DNA from: Nitrospirales bacterium
Lineage (GTDB): Bacteria; Nitrospirota; Nitrospiria; Nitrospirales; UBA8639
Direction: 5' to 3'
NCBI GenBank assembly: GCA_963555755.3
Contig: OY820905.2
Span: 3,808,001-3,872,000 of the forward strand
Length of the DNA stretch: 64,000 nucleotides
Every line of letters starts with the position of its first letter. Within the stretch, counting starts at the first letter, position 1. Positions 1 to 10,074 of the stretch are shown one piece after another. The notes beneath the pieces are model-generated. The model did no database searches. It was not told the DNA's origin and saw nothing but the letters and a program-made list of their open reading frames with translations. The position numbers and the translations under genes were made by a program.

Positions 1-962
1 TCATACAAGGGTGCCAACCGAACGGAATGATCTTTCTGATAGAGGAGTGAAAAGTTTTTGGCATGGGCATCATGGTTTCCAATAAGCGCATGAAAAATTA
101 CGGCATCCAATAAATGTTGGAGGTCAATGACGGGAGCTGCTGAGACATTTCGGACCAAGTCAAAGCATTGTTTCAATGTTGGCCCACCCTCGCTTTGATA
201 TTTCCTTTCTGGAACCACCCCCAGTGCTTGGCAGAAATCTTCCTGATGCAATCGCCGCGTGTTTCCTTTTGAATCTCCCGTGCGGTCATAGCGTTCAATC
301 AAAAGATAGTCGATCCTTTCAATGGTACCGATAGCCACGCTGGCCGTGGGCAGGCCGATCTTGCTCGCCAGGTTCATGCACACGGCTTCGTTAAGAACCA
401 CTCCTTCGAATCGCTCGATGGCCGGTTTGAGAATGTGGGTGCTTGGAGCACCTCTGAGTGGTACAGAAAAAATGTCAGTCCCGCTCACATGGACAGCAAT
501 TTTATCTTGAGCTCCAGCCAAAGAAAGACGGACTCCTTCCTCACCGGCCATTAAGGGACGACGGGGTAATTCCCGCAAAATCTTGGCCAGCTCCTTATCC
601 CTCAAATGGCGATACGTCTCCTGACCTTCTCGTAGAAGCTCTCCCGTGGGAGTAAAGGTGATCGCGCCTGCACATTCCCCACCTATCCTTTCCAGCATAG
701 CGAAATCATTTCTGGCACTGATACCAAGATTCCGTGCAATGATGTCCCGTTTGTTTCCTTCTGGAAGAATGCCTGCAAAAAAACCCCGGCATTCGGTACG
801 GGTGAAAATGTTCTTTCGCAGTGGAAGCGATTGAGAAAGGGGTACAGCCTCGGATGTCTCAATCCAGCTTTGGGCATATTGGAAGAGCATTTGCCCATCA
901 TCATCCTGAGTCAGAAAGCCAACAAGTGTGTTGTGCAGATAGACATCAAGGGTTTTGGTCAT
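1..962 (-). CDS. hipA: HipA-family toxin kinase (3' end runs off the window)
   Basis: Manual translation from the ATG at 962 gives MTKTLDVYLH...FFAGILPEG...RLSLAGAQDKIA...HQEDFCQALG...GNHDAHAKNFS...APLYD, all HipA motifs. Missing from the ORF track because it is truncated. Confidence 0.93.
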   Translation of the reverse strand, partial: MTKTLDVYLHNTLVGFLTQDDDGQMLFQYAQSWIETSEAVPLSQSLPLRKNIFTRTECRGFFAGILPEGNKRDIIARNLGISARNDFAMLERIGGECAGAITFTPTGELLREGQETYRHLRDKELAKILRELPRRPLMAGEEGVRLSLAGAQDKIAVHVSGTDIFSVPLRGAPSTHILKPAIERFEGVVLNEAVCMNLASKIGLPTASVAIGTIERIDYLLIERYDRTGDSKGNTRRLHQEDFCQALGVVPERKYQSEGGPTLKQCFDLVRNVSAAPVIDLQHLLDAVIFHALIGNHDAHAKNFSLLYQKDHSVRLAPLY

Positions 963-965
963 GAC

Positions 966-1196
966 TTAGGCCATCCCACCAGGTCTTGGAGGAGTCAGTT
1001 TTAGTTTGATTCCCAAGGTGTGAAGAACCGTCAGGACTTTACCAAACTGACAGGTGGGTTTGCCCTTTTCCAATTCGATAATGAACCGTAGCCCTGTCCC
1101 GGATGTGAGCGCCAGGTCTTTTTGGGTCACCTTCATCTTCTTACGTGTATTCCTAACAAGGGTGCCAATGGTTTCTGGTGTGTATCTTACATGCAT
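966..1196 (-). CDS. hipB: HipB-like XRE/HTH antitoxin
   Basis: HTH sequence (VTQKDLALTSGTGLRFIIELEKGKPT) directly upstream of hipA. The start at 1196 is preferred over 1247. Confidence 0.88.
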   Translation of the reverse strand: MHVRYTPETIGTLVRNTRKKMKVTQKDLALTSGTGLRFIIELEKGKPTCQFGKVLTVLHTLGIKLKLTPPRPGGMA

Positions 1197-1203
1197 TATT
1201 TTG

Positions 1204-1319
1204 TATTCCCGTTCGGGAATATTACTTGTTTTTAAAGTGTGAATCAATAAAAATGTTACCCTTCGGGAATAAAATAGACAATTACCAAAGGAAACAATAA
1301 AAAAATTCCCGATCGGGAA
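1204..1319. promoter_or_regulatory. Three palindromic operators TTCCCG-NN-CGGGAA (putative HipB sites)
   Basis: Copies start at 1206, 1256 (imperfect) and 1306, upstream of hipB. Confidence 0.75.
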
Positions 1320-1384
1320 ACTTTACGGTTTGTTTCATAGATCTAATTCATGAGCACACAAACATCTGTTATGTAATTCTGCTC

Positions 1385-1474
1385 TGTCATTTCGAGTGGA
1401 AGGAGAAATCTCTTTGTCCACCATTGGACGGTCTTGGCAGAAGCGGCAAGATTTCTTTCAAGGGCGAAATGACA
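1385..1474. repeat. REP-like inverted repeat TGTCATTTCG...CGAAATGACA
   Basis: 10-bp terminal inverted repeat plus an inner AGAAATCT/AGATTTCT pair. Confidence 0.55.
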
Positions 1475-1500
1475 AAAAGAAAACCTGAATCCTCGATAAA

Positions 1501-1767
1501 GGGTCTGTTGAATATTTCAGATCCATACCCATAGATGCTCCAGGAAAGACGGCCCGCATCAGTGGGAGGGAATGTTCAAAAAAGTCCGTCCAGCCCTGTC
1601 CTGAGCAGAGTCGAAGGAAAGGCCGCAGCCCTTTACGGCCTTCGTAGCTCACTTCGGCGGAGTAGGCATGACGCGCGGAGCGTACTCTCAGGCGTGAGCA
1701 CGGCAAAAGGGCGACCGTGTCTGTGCGAAGCCCGAGAACGCTGCTGGCGGCTTTTTTCAACATTCCC
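1501..1767. mobile_element. MITE family A (long form) with nested micro-insertions
   Basis: Ends GGGTCTGTTGAA...TTCAACATTCCC with a 5-bp target duplication ATAAA. Homologous to 9768-9981 and 27776-27989. Confidence 0.85.
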
Positions 1768-1854
1768 ATAAAGGATGTCGGGGATGATAAACAAGGAATG
1801 GATGGACAGGTTCCAATCAATCCACCTCCCTCATTTGATACGTCGATTCTTCCC

Positions 1855-2101
1855 TTAGGTTCCTGCGTGGGGCGCGGCGGAGCCTCCGTCCAGAATCGAC
1901 CCCTCTGGCGAGGCTGTTTGAGTCCTTCGGCAAGGCTCAGGATAGACTCCGCGAGTTCCCGAGCCATCTTGATCTGTCCTGAGCCAGGTCGAAGGATTCG
2001 GGATGGAGGTGGAGGAACCCGAAGGGCCGCGCACGGGCAAACATGGTGTTGGGCACTTTTGCCGAAACAACAGTGCCTCGTCGCGCGGGGGCGAAACCCC
2101 G
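1855..2101. repeat. Structured palindromic intergenic element containing CCTTCG..CTCAGG / CCTGAG..CGAAGG modules
   Basis: Nested inverted segments (CGTGGGGCGCGGC/GCCGCGCACG, CCTCCGTCC/GGATGGAGG) and a terminal GGGGGCGAAACCCC hairpin. Confidence 0.5.
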
Positions 2102-2202
2102 AATTTAATATTCGGACAAACCAAAAGGGAAAGGGCCAAGGAAGAAGAAAAGAGGGATGGGGGAATGAGAAGCTGTTTTTTAGAAAACCAGTTGGGAATA
2201 AA

Positions 2203-4044
2203 TTACTGCGCCAGAGGGATTAATGCTTCAGGTGATTCCCTTGGGGGTGCGGAGGTGATTTCAGCTCTAGGCTTCACGTCTTCAAGAAACTCTTTAACGG
2301 TAATGGTTCCATTGCCGTTGGCATCGGCTCTTCCCAAAAGCCCAGCGAGAAGCTCGGCTGGCCCCTCATTCCTTTGACGAAATTTTTGACGAACTTGAAT
2401 AACTTTCGTTCCTCCCTGTAGGGAAAGAGCAAGGCCGCTCGTCCATTTGATGGGAATCGACCCGTTGGCGCCGATGGACCCGGTCTGACGAAGCAGTGGG
2501 GTGGCCGGCGTATCAAGGATGAGCAAGGTCAATCGATTTCCCATTTTTCCCAACACCCGTTGAAGGGTGCGAAGGGAAATAAGCCGTTTAGCGGAGGCGG
2601 TAGGGGATCCTTCGAAGGGCACAAGATAGACTTCGCCAGTGGTCGGGTGGCTCAGAGCTTGCCCGGAAAAATGAAAAATCAGAATTGAGTCTTTTCCCAA
2701 ACGTTGCCGGCCCCAGGAAAGCAGGGCTTCTTCAATATCAGTTTTGGTGGCATGAGACCCTCGGAGAACCCGAATGTTTTTTTCAGAAAACACTCCGGTT
2801 GTTTGCAAGGTATTCTTGAGTGCTTGGAGTTGACCCTTTGGGATTCGATAGACCTTTTTCCATTTGTCCCGATACTGATCCAACCCAATGAGAATCGCGA
2901 CATATGTATTCACCGAGGGATCGATTTTTTGTTGAGGAGCCTTTGAGGTAAATTGCGTTGAATTTCTTTGCCCTGTTGTTGGGGTGGCGGACTGAAGGGC
3001 GGCTAAGATTCGATGCGACCCGACAATGGAACCATCACGCGGCTTTAAAGTCACAACCAATTCGCCCTTATTCTCCGGGACTTGAAAGGGTATCCGCCCG
3101 CGTATTTCAATGGTTTTTGTTTCTCCAGGCTGAAAATCACCAAAGGAAATGGGAAGGGGCGTCATTTCTGAAAACGCCTGAAGAAGCGTTTGGCTTCCCT
3201 TCAACTCTATATTCACTTCCAATAATGGCTGGGCCCCGGAGTTGGTCGCTTCAATTTGTAAGACCAACACCTCGCCACCTTCCAGAATCAGATTGTTGTT
3301 GCCATCTTTGAGCATGGTTCGAAATTTCAAGGCCGGCAGTGATGGTGTGCGAACTTGGTTTTGCGGGATTTGGGCGGTTAACGGTTGTTGAGGATCTTGT
3401 CCGGTGAGTTGGGGAACGATGCTGACAAGTTGTCTGGCCAATTCAGCTGCAGCTCTACTCATTTCGTCGTCAAATGTTCCTGTGACACAGGAAACGGAAT
3501 TACCTGTGAGGGAAGGTGTCCAAATCGAAGCTTGGGCACTATAATTTAGAGGTGTCTGAGCGAGTTGTTTTCCCGTGGCGTCCATGAAAACCGCGAGCAT
3601 CTGCAAATTGACAAAGGCGATGTACGTATCTTCCTGAGCTATTTTGGTGGCTGGTTGAAACGATTGATGAACGAGCCGTAAATGAACCGTCAAGTCACTC
3701 TGTTGAGATGCCTGCACTGCTTGTCCCGATCCTGAATAGGCCGCGACGGACGCAAATCGTTCTTGGCCGACTGCTAAAAAGGCCTGCGGAATAATCTCCC
3801 CGGTATTGATCGTATAGGGCAACCCACAGGCATCAACTTCCAATGTCGCTTGCGTCACACTCGGATCAAAGGCATAAGAAACCGAGATGGGAAGTCTCGG
3901 CTCGGATTTCTTTCCAAACCCCAATTCTGGCATGTTCAATTCTGGTATAGCGATTTCGGGCATGCTTACGCTGTTACAACCATTTAGGGCGAATATTGCT
4001 GCCAGTGCCAGGATCGCTCTGAGTGCTACGAGGGGCCTATCCAT
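2203..4044 (-). CDS. Lipoprotein with an Ig/CARDB-like middle domain and a C-terminal caspase-like (peptidase C14) domain lacking the catalytic dyad
   Basis: Lipobox LNGC. Caspase-fold motifs YVAILIGLDQY, ATKTDIEEAL, FHFSGQA, LILDTP. C-terminal ADANGNGTIT. Confidence 0.75.
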   Translation of the reverse strand: MDRPLVALRAILALAAIFALNGCNSVSMPEIAIPELNMPELGFGKKSEPRLPISVSYAFDPSVTQATLEVDACGLPYTINTGEIIPQAFLAVGQERFASVAAYSGSGQAVQASQQSDLTVHLRLVHQSFQPATKIAQEDTYIAFVNLQMLAVFMDATGKQLAQTPLNYSAQASIWTPSLTGNSVSCVTGTFDDEMSRAAAELARQLVSIVPQLTGQDPQQPLTAQIPQNQVRTPSLPALKFRTMLKDGNNNLILEGGEVLVLQIEATNSGAQPLLEVNIELKGSQTLLQAFSEMTPLPISFGDFQPGETKTIEIRGRIPFQVPENKGELVVTLKPRDGSIVGSHRILAALQSATPTTGQRNSTQFTSKAPQQKIDPSVNTYVAILIGLDQYRDKWKKVYRIPKGQLQALKNTLQTTGVFSEKNIRVLRGSHATKTDIEEALLSWGRQRLGKDSILIFHFSGQALSHPTTGEVYLVPFEGSPTASAKRLISLRTLQRVLGKMGNRLTLLILDTPATPLLRQTGSIGANGSIPIKWTSGLALSLQGGTKVIQVRQKFRQRNEGPAELLAGLLGRADANGNGTITVKEFLEDVKPRAEITSAPPRESPEALIPLAQ

Positions 4045-4199
4045 GGTGGTAACCTACCTGATGGCCTTCTTCGATGCAACATCGGGAATAATAATTTTTC
4101 TGACCCAAGTTCTTGACCTTTTGGTAGGCCGCCGGCGAGAATAATTCTAACGGATCTCTTAAATCGCAACGGCGATTTGCATACCAAAAGGAGGCTCCC

Positions 4200-4943
4200 A
4201 TGGGCACGTATCGCGTGATGTTGGTATCGGGTCTTATGTGTATTTCGTTTGTGGGATGTTCGGCTGGATGGCCGCAGGCTCGTTTGGCAACCTACCTTGG
4301 TCCGACCCCTTCTCCGCCAGCCCCAACAGAGATACTAAAGCGCGGAGAGGTCAGGGCCGGACTCTTGGTGATTAACGACACGTCCGCTCATGATTCGGCG
4401 CCTCAACTGTCGGCAGAGTCCTTTGATGCCACCAAGGAACATATCCAATTTCAGTTGACCAAAGAAGTTCCCATGGTGCTCGTAGGACTGGACACCCCCA
4501 TCCCGTCAACCCTACCTACGGAGCTCGTCTCGTTGCTTCAGATGGCCAAAGACCAGCAGGTGGATTACGTGGTCCTCGCCGTGGTTTCGAGTACCGAAAT
4601 CGAAGTCCCGGATCGTCTCCCATTACAAGGGTCATTTTCTGGGGGTGGCATGCGAGGATTGTTGGTGGGCTATCGAGCTGAAAACTTTGCCCTTGCCGAG
4701 CTGGCGTTGGTGGATGTTCAGACTGGCCAGACTCTTATCCAGGCGGATGGCCAAGCGTGGGCCTCTTTGGAGCGATTGGACGTCCCTCTCGAATCGAATA
4801 TTTATCCCGTGGTGCGCCGGGGCCTGGAAATTCCTCCGATCTACCCTACCAGAGAGGACCGAGCTCATGACGTGATGCGAGCCGTGGCGAGTAGCGATGC
4901 TATCAATCAAGCCGTCATGCATTTTAAAGAATCGTGGGGCTAG
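4200..4943 (+). CDS. Hypothetical lipoprotein
   Basis: 247-aa ORF, SD AGGAGG, lipobox FVGC. Paralogous to the next gene. Confidence 0.75.
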   Translation: MGTYRVMLVSGLMCISFVGCSAGWPQARLATYLGPTPSPPAPTEILKRGEVRAGLLVINDTSAHDSAPQLSAESFDATKEHIQFQLTKEVPMVLVGLDTPIPSTLPTELVSLLQMAKDQQVDYVVLAVVSSTEIEVPDRLPLQGSFSGGGMRGLLVGYRAENFALAELALVDVQTGQTLIQADGQAWASLERLDVPLESNIYPVVRRGLEIPPIYPTREDRAHDVMRAVASSDAINQAVMHFKESWG

Positions 4944-4978
4944 GAGCCTGTCCGAGATTGACTTGAGAGGAAATTGAG

Positions 4979-5695
4979 ATGAATCCCAAAATAATATTTT
5001 CGGGGGTTCTTATGCTGCTCGTGTGCACGTTTCTGATCGCTGGATGCCAAACGCAGGCTCCAAGATTACCTGCCTATTTAGGACAGGTCGAAGGTCTTCA
5101 TGACGTTCAGAATCCTCATCCGCAATCATTGCCGAGCGCCATCAACCAAATGGGTGTTCTGGTCATGACTGATACCTCCTTTCCAAATTCCGCCCTGCCT
5201 TTAAGTCCAGACATGCTGGCGATTTTAGAAAACCGCCTTGTCAAAAAAATGGACGAGTTCTTTGGTCTACAGGTCATAAACATTCGACCTGAGCAGCCGC
5301 TTCAACCCACTGGGAATGTGGGCCCGTTTACCCTTCTCACCAAAGCTCACAAGCTCGATTTCATGCTACTCGTCGTGCTGTCGAGCACGGAGGAGGAAAG
5401 TCATATTGAAATAGGTGAGGAGACCATGATGACACGGATGTCCGGAGTATCAATTGACAATGAGGCGCTGGCTGAGCTTGCCGTGCTCAATGCTGATTCT
5501 GGAAAAATCGCACTTCATGCCACAGGCCATGGGGCGAGCAGCATGGAACAATTGGCTGCCCCGATTGGGGAAGATTATCCGAGAAAAGAAGACGCGCGAG
5601 ATATTTTGCGGGCCAATGCCGCTCAACAGGCACTTGATCAAGCGTTACTCGCGTTGCAGCGTCAATGGGGGAGAAGCCTGGTTACAGGAAGTTGA
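4979..5695 (+). CDS. Hypothetical lipoprotein (paralog of 4200-4943)
   Basis: Lipobox IAGC. Shared motifs RLxxYLG, SSTExE, N.ALAELA. Confidence 0.75.
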   Translation: MNPKIIFSGVLMLLVCTFLIAGCQTQAPRLPAYLGQVEGLHDVQNPHPQSLPSAINQMGVLVMTDTSFPNSALPLSPDMLAILENRLVKKMDEFFGLQVINIRPEQPLQPTGNVGPFTLLTKAHKLDFMLLVVLSSTEEESHIEIGEETMMTRMSGVSIDNEALAELAVLNADSGKIALHATGHGASSMEQLAAPIGEDYPRKEDARDILRANAAQQALDQALLALQRQWGRSLVTGS

Positions 5696-5744
5696 GGGAA
5701 TGGGTGTTACGCTAAGGATCTGCTTTATGGGTTTTTCGTGTCTT

Positions 5745-5899
5745 AAACTCGAATATCGAAATCCGAAACAAATCCGAAATTCGAAACTCAAATGTTTCAA
5801 ACGGATTCTGTCGACTGATGCCACATGTCGTTGAAATGGCGTTTTAGGTATTTGGTCATTTGAATTTGTTTCGGATTTCGATATTCGAGTTTCGGATTT
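5745..5899. repeat. Heptamer-based (AAATCCG/AAATTCG) inverted-repeat array
   Basis: Left arm AAACTCGAATATCGAAATCCGAAACAAAT has a perfect reverse complement in the right arm. Lies between convergent genes. Confidence 0.75.
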
Positions 5900-5963
5900 A
5901 TGGAACGTATTTCTGCGCAAAACCTTAGCTAAACACCTATGAAGTTGAGAGGCGCCTTCACGC

Positions 5964-6470
5964 CTACCGAAAATTGATGAATTGAAGGTCGATCCCAAAG
6001 TCCTGTTGTTTCAGAAAAGCGATGACGGACTGGAGCTCGTCTTTGCTTTTACTTTGAACCCTGACCTGATCGCCTTGAATTTGGCCTTGGGCTTTGAACT
6101 TTTTTTCCTTTATACTTTTCACGATCGCTTTGGTTTTCTCATCCACGATGCCACTTTGAATCGTGATGTGTTGTCGAACGGTTCCGCCGAGTGCTTGCTC
6201 GACCTTTCCATAATCCAGCGCTTTGAGGGAAATGTTTCGTTTGACCCATTTGGCTTTTAAAATGTCCAACACGGCCTTTAATTTGTAATCGTCATCTGAT
6301 ACGACTTCCAAAATCTTTTCTTTTTCCTTCAAAGTCAGTTCAGACTTTGATCCTTTAAAATCGAATCGTTGTCCAAGCTCCTTTAAGGTCTGGTCCACCG
6401 CATTCTTCACTTCCTGCATATCGACCGTCGACACCACATCAAACGAAGAATTATCAGCCATTTCGCTCAC
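5964..6470 (-). CDS. yajQ: YajQ family nucleotide/c-di-GMP-binding protein
   Basis: [18 protein letters not shown]...RFDFKG...[14 protein letters not shown]...LQFINFR. Confidence 0.93.
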   Translation of the reverse strand: MSEMADNSSFDVVSTVDMQEVKNAVDQTLKELGQRFDFKGSKSELTLKEKEKILEVVSDDDYKLKAVLDILKAKWVKRNISLKALDYGKVEQALGGTVRQHITIQSGIVDEKTKAIVKSIKEKKFKAQGQIQGDQVRVQSKSKDELQSVIAFLKQQDFGIDLQFINFR

Positions 6471-6514
6471 TCCTTTGTATGTGCTCTAAAGAAAATTTTC
6501 CACTAGTAACCTGG

Positions 6515-8455
6515 TCAGGCTGGAATACGAATGCCTTCTCCGTCAACAATCTCGGTACTCGTATACGGACGTTTCAGAATTAAATATCCATACCATTTGA
6601 TTGAGCTTTCCGCCAGGACAATCAAGGCGAGGATGGCGATGAGTCCCACGAGGCCAGCGTTCAAATACATCGTCATGTATTGGACGGATTCCGTCGCGGT
6701 GGCAGCTCGGTCGAGAAATAGCCACCACAGTTGGTAGCATCCTGTCAGTGTCATTACACCGACAAACACCATGGGAATAGCTGTGACCCAGATGTATCGG
6801 GCTTTTCCCATCTTGATCAATAGCGTTGTGCCAATACAGAGGGCCAGTGTTCCCAGGAGCTGATTGGCTGCGCCAAACATTGGCCAGATTGTGGCGATGT
6901 TTCCCGTCGCGATCAAATATCCCCAGGCTCCGACCACAATCGCGCTGCACAAGAATACCCCTGGCCACCAGTTGATTTGACGAAGTGGTTGGTACAAATA
7001 CCCACCCAATTCTTGAACGAGGTACCGGGCAACCCGTGTGCCGGCATCGATTGTGGTTAAAATAAACAATGCTTCGAAGAGTAAGGCAAATTGATACCAA
7101 TAGGCCATCAACCCGGCCATGCCTGGCAAGGCGGAAAAGATCCAGGCCATTCCGACCGCAAGTGACACCGCGCCTCCGGGACGACCTGAGACATCGACTT
7201 CGACAAGTTGCGAGAGTTCGTGAATTTTACCAATCGGATATCCCAACGCAGCTAACGCGTCAGCAGAGAGGTGGGTGTTAATGGCCAAATAATCACCGGG
7301 GATGAGAAGGCCGGCGGAAATGAGGGCGATGACTCCCACGAAACTTTCCAACAGCATGGCACCGTACCCGATCATGGCTTGGGATTCGCGAGCAATCATT
7401 TTGGGTGTGGTGCCGGATGCTATAAGCGAGTGAAATCCGGATATCGCGCCGCAGGCAATCGTGATGAACAAGAAGGGAAAAATCGGCCCGGGAATAATGG
7501 GTCCGCCTCCGTGGATGAATTGTGTGATTCGCGGTATTTGCATGTCGGGAGCCAAGATGATGATGCCTACCGCCAGCAGGGCAACCACCCCGAGCTTCAT
7601 GAATGTGGAAAGGTAATCTCTTGGGACGAGGAGCATCCAGACCGGCAGCACGGACGCGAGAAATCCGTAGCCTGCGAGCAGGCAGACTAAGGTGGCCCGT
7701 TCCAAACTGAACCACTCACCGAGCTCTGATTGAGCCACGACTCTTCCCACCGCCACCGCAATGAATAGCAAGACAATCCCGATGATTGACATTTCACCAA
7801 CCCAACCCGGGCGAATCTTGTGGTGATATAATCCCATCAACAACGCAATGGGAATGGTCATGCCAATCGTGAATGTTCCCCACGGATTGAGAAAGAGTGC
7901 ATTCACCACCGCCAGCCCCAGTCCGGCTAAGGCCACAATGATAATGAAGAACACAGCTATGGCGGTGGCCATGCCCGTGACCCATCCGATTTCTGCTCTG
8001 GCAATTTCGGGTAAGGATTGACCATTCCGGCGAAGAGAGCCAACGAGGATCACGAAATCCTGAACCGCTCCCGCGACCACCGCTCCAATGACAATCCAGA
8101 GGAAGCCTGGTAAAAATCCGAACTGCACCGCGAGCACGGGACCGAGAAGGGGCCCGGCACCAGCAATGGCGGCGAAATGGTGGCCAAAGAGCACGTATTT
8201 ATTGGCGGGATAATAATTGGTGCCATCTTCCAATCGGTAGGCTGGTGTGCCCCGTTGGTCATCGAGGTTCATGACCTGGTGCCCGAGAAATCGGCCGTAA
8301 AATCGGTAGGCAAGCACGTAAAAGCATCCTGCTGCCGTGACCAACCACAGGCCGTTGACTTTTTCGTCGGGGTTGAGAATTCCAGTGACGAACGCAAACG
8401 ATATCGCACAGAGTATTGAGATCGTGGTCCACCCAATTGGCGCAAGCTTGATCAT
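6515..8455 (-). CDS. cstA: Carbon starvation protein A (peptide/pyruvate transporter)
   Basis: LFGHHFAAIAGAGPLLGP, FITIACGAISGFH and IWPMFGAANQLL motifs; polytopic membrane protein. Confidence 0.93.
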   Translation of the reverse strand: MIKLAPIGWTTISILCAISFAFVTGILNPDEKVNGLWLVTAAGCFYVLAYRFYGRFLGHQVMNLDDQRGTPAYRLEDGTNYYPANKYVLFGHHFAAIAGAGPLLGPVLAVQFGFLPGFLWIVIGAVVAGAVQDFVILVGSLRRNGQSLPEIARAEIGWVTGMATAIAVFFIIIVALAGLGLAVVNALFLNPWGTFTIGMTIPIALLMGLYHHKIRPGWVGEMSIIGIVLLFIAVAVGRVVAQSELGEWFSLERATLVCLLAGYGFLASVLPVWMLLVPRDYLSTFMKLGVVALLAVGIIILAPDMQIPRITQFIHGGGPIIPGPIFPFLFITIACGAISGFHSLIASGTTPKMIARESQAMIGYGAMLLESFVGVIALISAGLLIPGDYLAINTHLSADALAALGYPIGKIHELSQLVEVDVSGRPGGAVSLAVGMAWIFSALPGMAGLMAYWYQFALLFEALFILTTIDAGTRVARYLVQELGGYLYQPLRQINWWPGVFLCSAIVVGAWGYLIATGNIATIWPMFGAANQLLGTLALCIGTTLLIKMGKARYIWVTAIPMVFVGVMTLTGCYQLWWLFLDRAATATESVQYMTMYLNAGLVGLIAILALIVLAESSIKWYGYLILKRPYTSTEIVDGEGIRIPA

Positions 8456-8467
8456 AGGGGACCTATG

Positions 8468-8947
8468 CTAATGAGGTGTAAGACCTGATGTAAAGGGCTT
8501 TGTCCCAGGTGTGGTTGGGGGATCAAACGGTGGTTTGCTGCATTTGGCCCGAATCGCGTTCATGGCTTGGAACACCATCGGTTGGGTGAGCAGTTTATGC
8601 TCCAGCTTCCGTTTTCCTGGGAAGTCAAGCAGAGACATTCCAATGACCATTGTCAAAATCCCTTGGCCAGGAAGAACCAGCATGGCAATGCCAGCCAAAA
8701 GAAAAATTAGTCCTACCGTGTTTTTGCAGATCACTCCCATCTTCCTCAACACCGGATGATAGTTCTCCATCCAAACATGTTCCAGATCATGTTGGAAATA
8801 ATTTGCAGGCAGTCGGCTTAAGATAATGGGAATCGCGACGAGGGTTCCCACAAACATGACAGCGGATAATACGCCGATTGTGATGAGGGCTTCTTCCGAA
8901 ATAACGTCTGTCAGGCTGGTATACCAACGTTGGAATGTGTGCATCAA
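8468..8947 (-). CDS. PGPGW-like small membrane protein
   Basis: GIAMLVLPGQGILT...LLDFPGKR motif with hydrophobic helices. Confidence 0.7.
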   Translation of the reverse strand: MMHTFQRWYTSLTDVISEEALITIGVLSAVMFVGTLVAIPIILSRLPANYFQHDLEHVWMENYHPVLRKMGVICKNTVGLIFLLAGIAMLVLPGQGILTMVIGMSLLDFPGKRKLEHKLLTQPMVFQAMNAIRAKCSKPPFDPPTTPGTKPFTSGLTPH

Positions 8948-9024
8948 CGAATCCTAAAATATTGGAGGAGAGATACCATGTTCGCCTAATGGGGCACAAA
9001 TATTCCTAATGGAACAGGGGTCCG

Positions 9025-9138
9025 GTAGCTCAGGTATTTGGGCTGAAGGCTAAAGGCTGAAGGTTCCTACTCATAATGTCTGATTTTTGTATGATCACCC
9101 TAATAACCTCCGGCCTTCAGTCTATCCACCTGAGTTAC
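9025..9138. repeat. MITE family D (GTAGCTCAGG...CCTGAGTTAC) with GGCTGAA heptamers
   Basis: Inverted ends similar to 9686-10030. No clear target duplication. Confidence 0.65.
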
Positions 9139-9219
9139 CTGGCATGCATTGAAGGCTGCAGGAAAGAAACGGTAGGATCAGGCCGTTCATTCGCAAATAC
9201 GTGTGGAGGTGTGCGTCGT

Positions 9220-9678
9220 ATGTCTTCCTATTGGCTCTTAAAGTCGGAACCCTCGGTGTTTTCGATTGATGATCTGGCCCACTCTCCTGGACAGACTACA
9301 TGTTGGGAAGGCGTGCGTAACTATCAGGCGCGAAATTTTTTGCGAGCCATGGCTGTAGGTGATCAGGCGTTTTTTTATCATAGTAATGCTGATCCCCCTT
9401 CAATCGTTGGGATTGTCAATATTGTCAAGGCGGCCTACCCGGATCGTTTTGCATGGGATTCTCGAAGCAAATACTTTGACCAGAAAAGTTCGCGTGACAA
9501 TCCGGCCTGGTTTATGGTCGATGTCCAATTTGCGAAAAAATTTACCTTACCCTTACCCCTTGATACATTACGTGTTGTCAAAGGTTTGGAAAACATGGAG
9601 TTATTACGAAAGGGATCACGATTGTCGGTGCAGCCAGTGCGTGAGCCAGAATGGAACGTCATTCTAACATTAGCCTAA
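9220..9678 (+). CDS. EVE domain protein
   Basis: YWLLKSEP..FSIDDL...WEGVRNYQARN...FFYHS...RLSVQPV. SD GGAGG lies before 9220. Confidence 0.92.
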   Translation: MSSYWLLKSEPSVFSIDDLAHSPGQTTCWEGVRNYQARNFLRAMAVGDQAFFYHSNADPPSIVGIVNIVKAAYPDRFAWDSRSKYFDQKSSRDNPAWFMVDVQFAKKFTLPLPLDTLRVVKGLENMELLRKGSRLSVQPVREPEWNVILTLA

Positions 9679-9685
9679 ACGGAGG

Positions 9686-10030
9686 GTAGCTACTCAGGTG
9701 GATAGGCTGAAGGCCGAAGGTTTTTAGGGTCCAATCATGCGTGATCATCCAACACTTCGGATATTATGGGGCTGTTGAATAATTCGCGTTAATAGCCAAT
9801 ACACGCTCCAGATGAGCCACCCATCGTCAGTGGGAGGGAATGTTCAAAAAAGCATGCCCTGAGTCTTTCCGAAGGGTCTATCCAGCAAGGCCGCAGCCCT
9901 TTTGACGCGCGGAGCGTACTCATAGTACGTGAGCACGGCAAAAGGGCGAGAACGCCGCTGGCGGCTTTTTTCAACATTCCCATTATGAGTGATAGCCTTC
10001 AGTCTTCAGCCTACATACCTGAGTAGTGAC
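9686..10030. mobile_element. MITE family D carrying a nested family A element
   Basis: Ends GTAGCTACTCAGG/CCTGAGTAGTGAC with an 8-bp duplication AACGGAGG (9678-9685, 10031-10038). Confidence 0.85.
9768..9981. mobile_element. MITE family A (long form)
   Basis: GGGGCTGTTGAA...TTCAACATTCCC with a 5-bp duplication ATTAT. Confidence 0.85.
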
Positions 10031-10074
10031 AACGGAGGGAAAAAACACGGTGAGGGAGAAGAGGGAAGTCTTAA

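Noticed and set aside
1458..2223. ORFs such as ...MLKKAASSVLG... (also at 9789, 13280-13710, 25485-25852, 27773, 28944-29306, 31334-31698, 36382, 41316, 63102)
   Set aside because: They are translations of the MITE/REP repeats, with no independent coding evidence.
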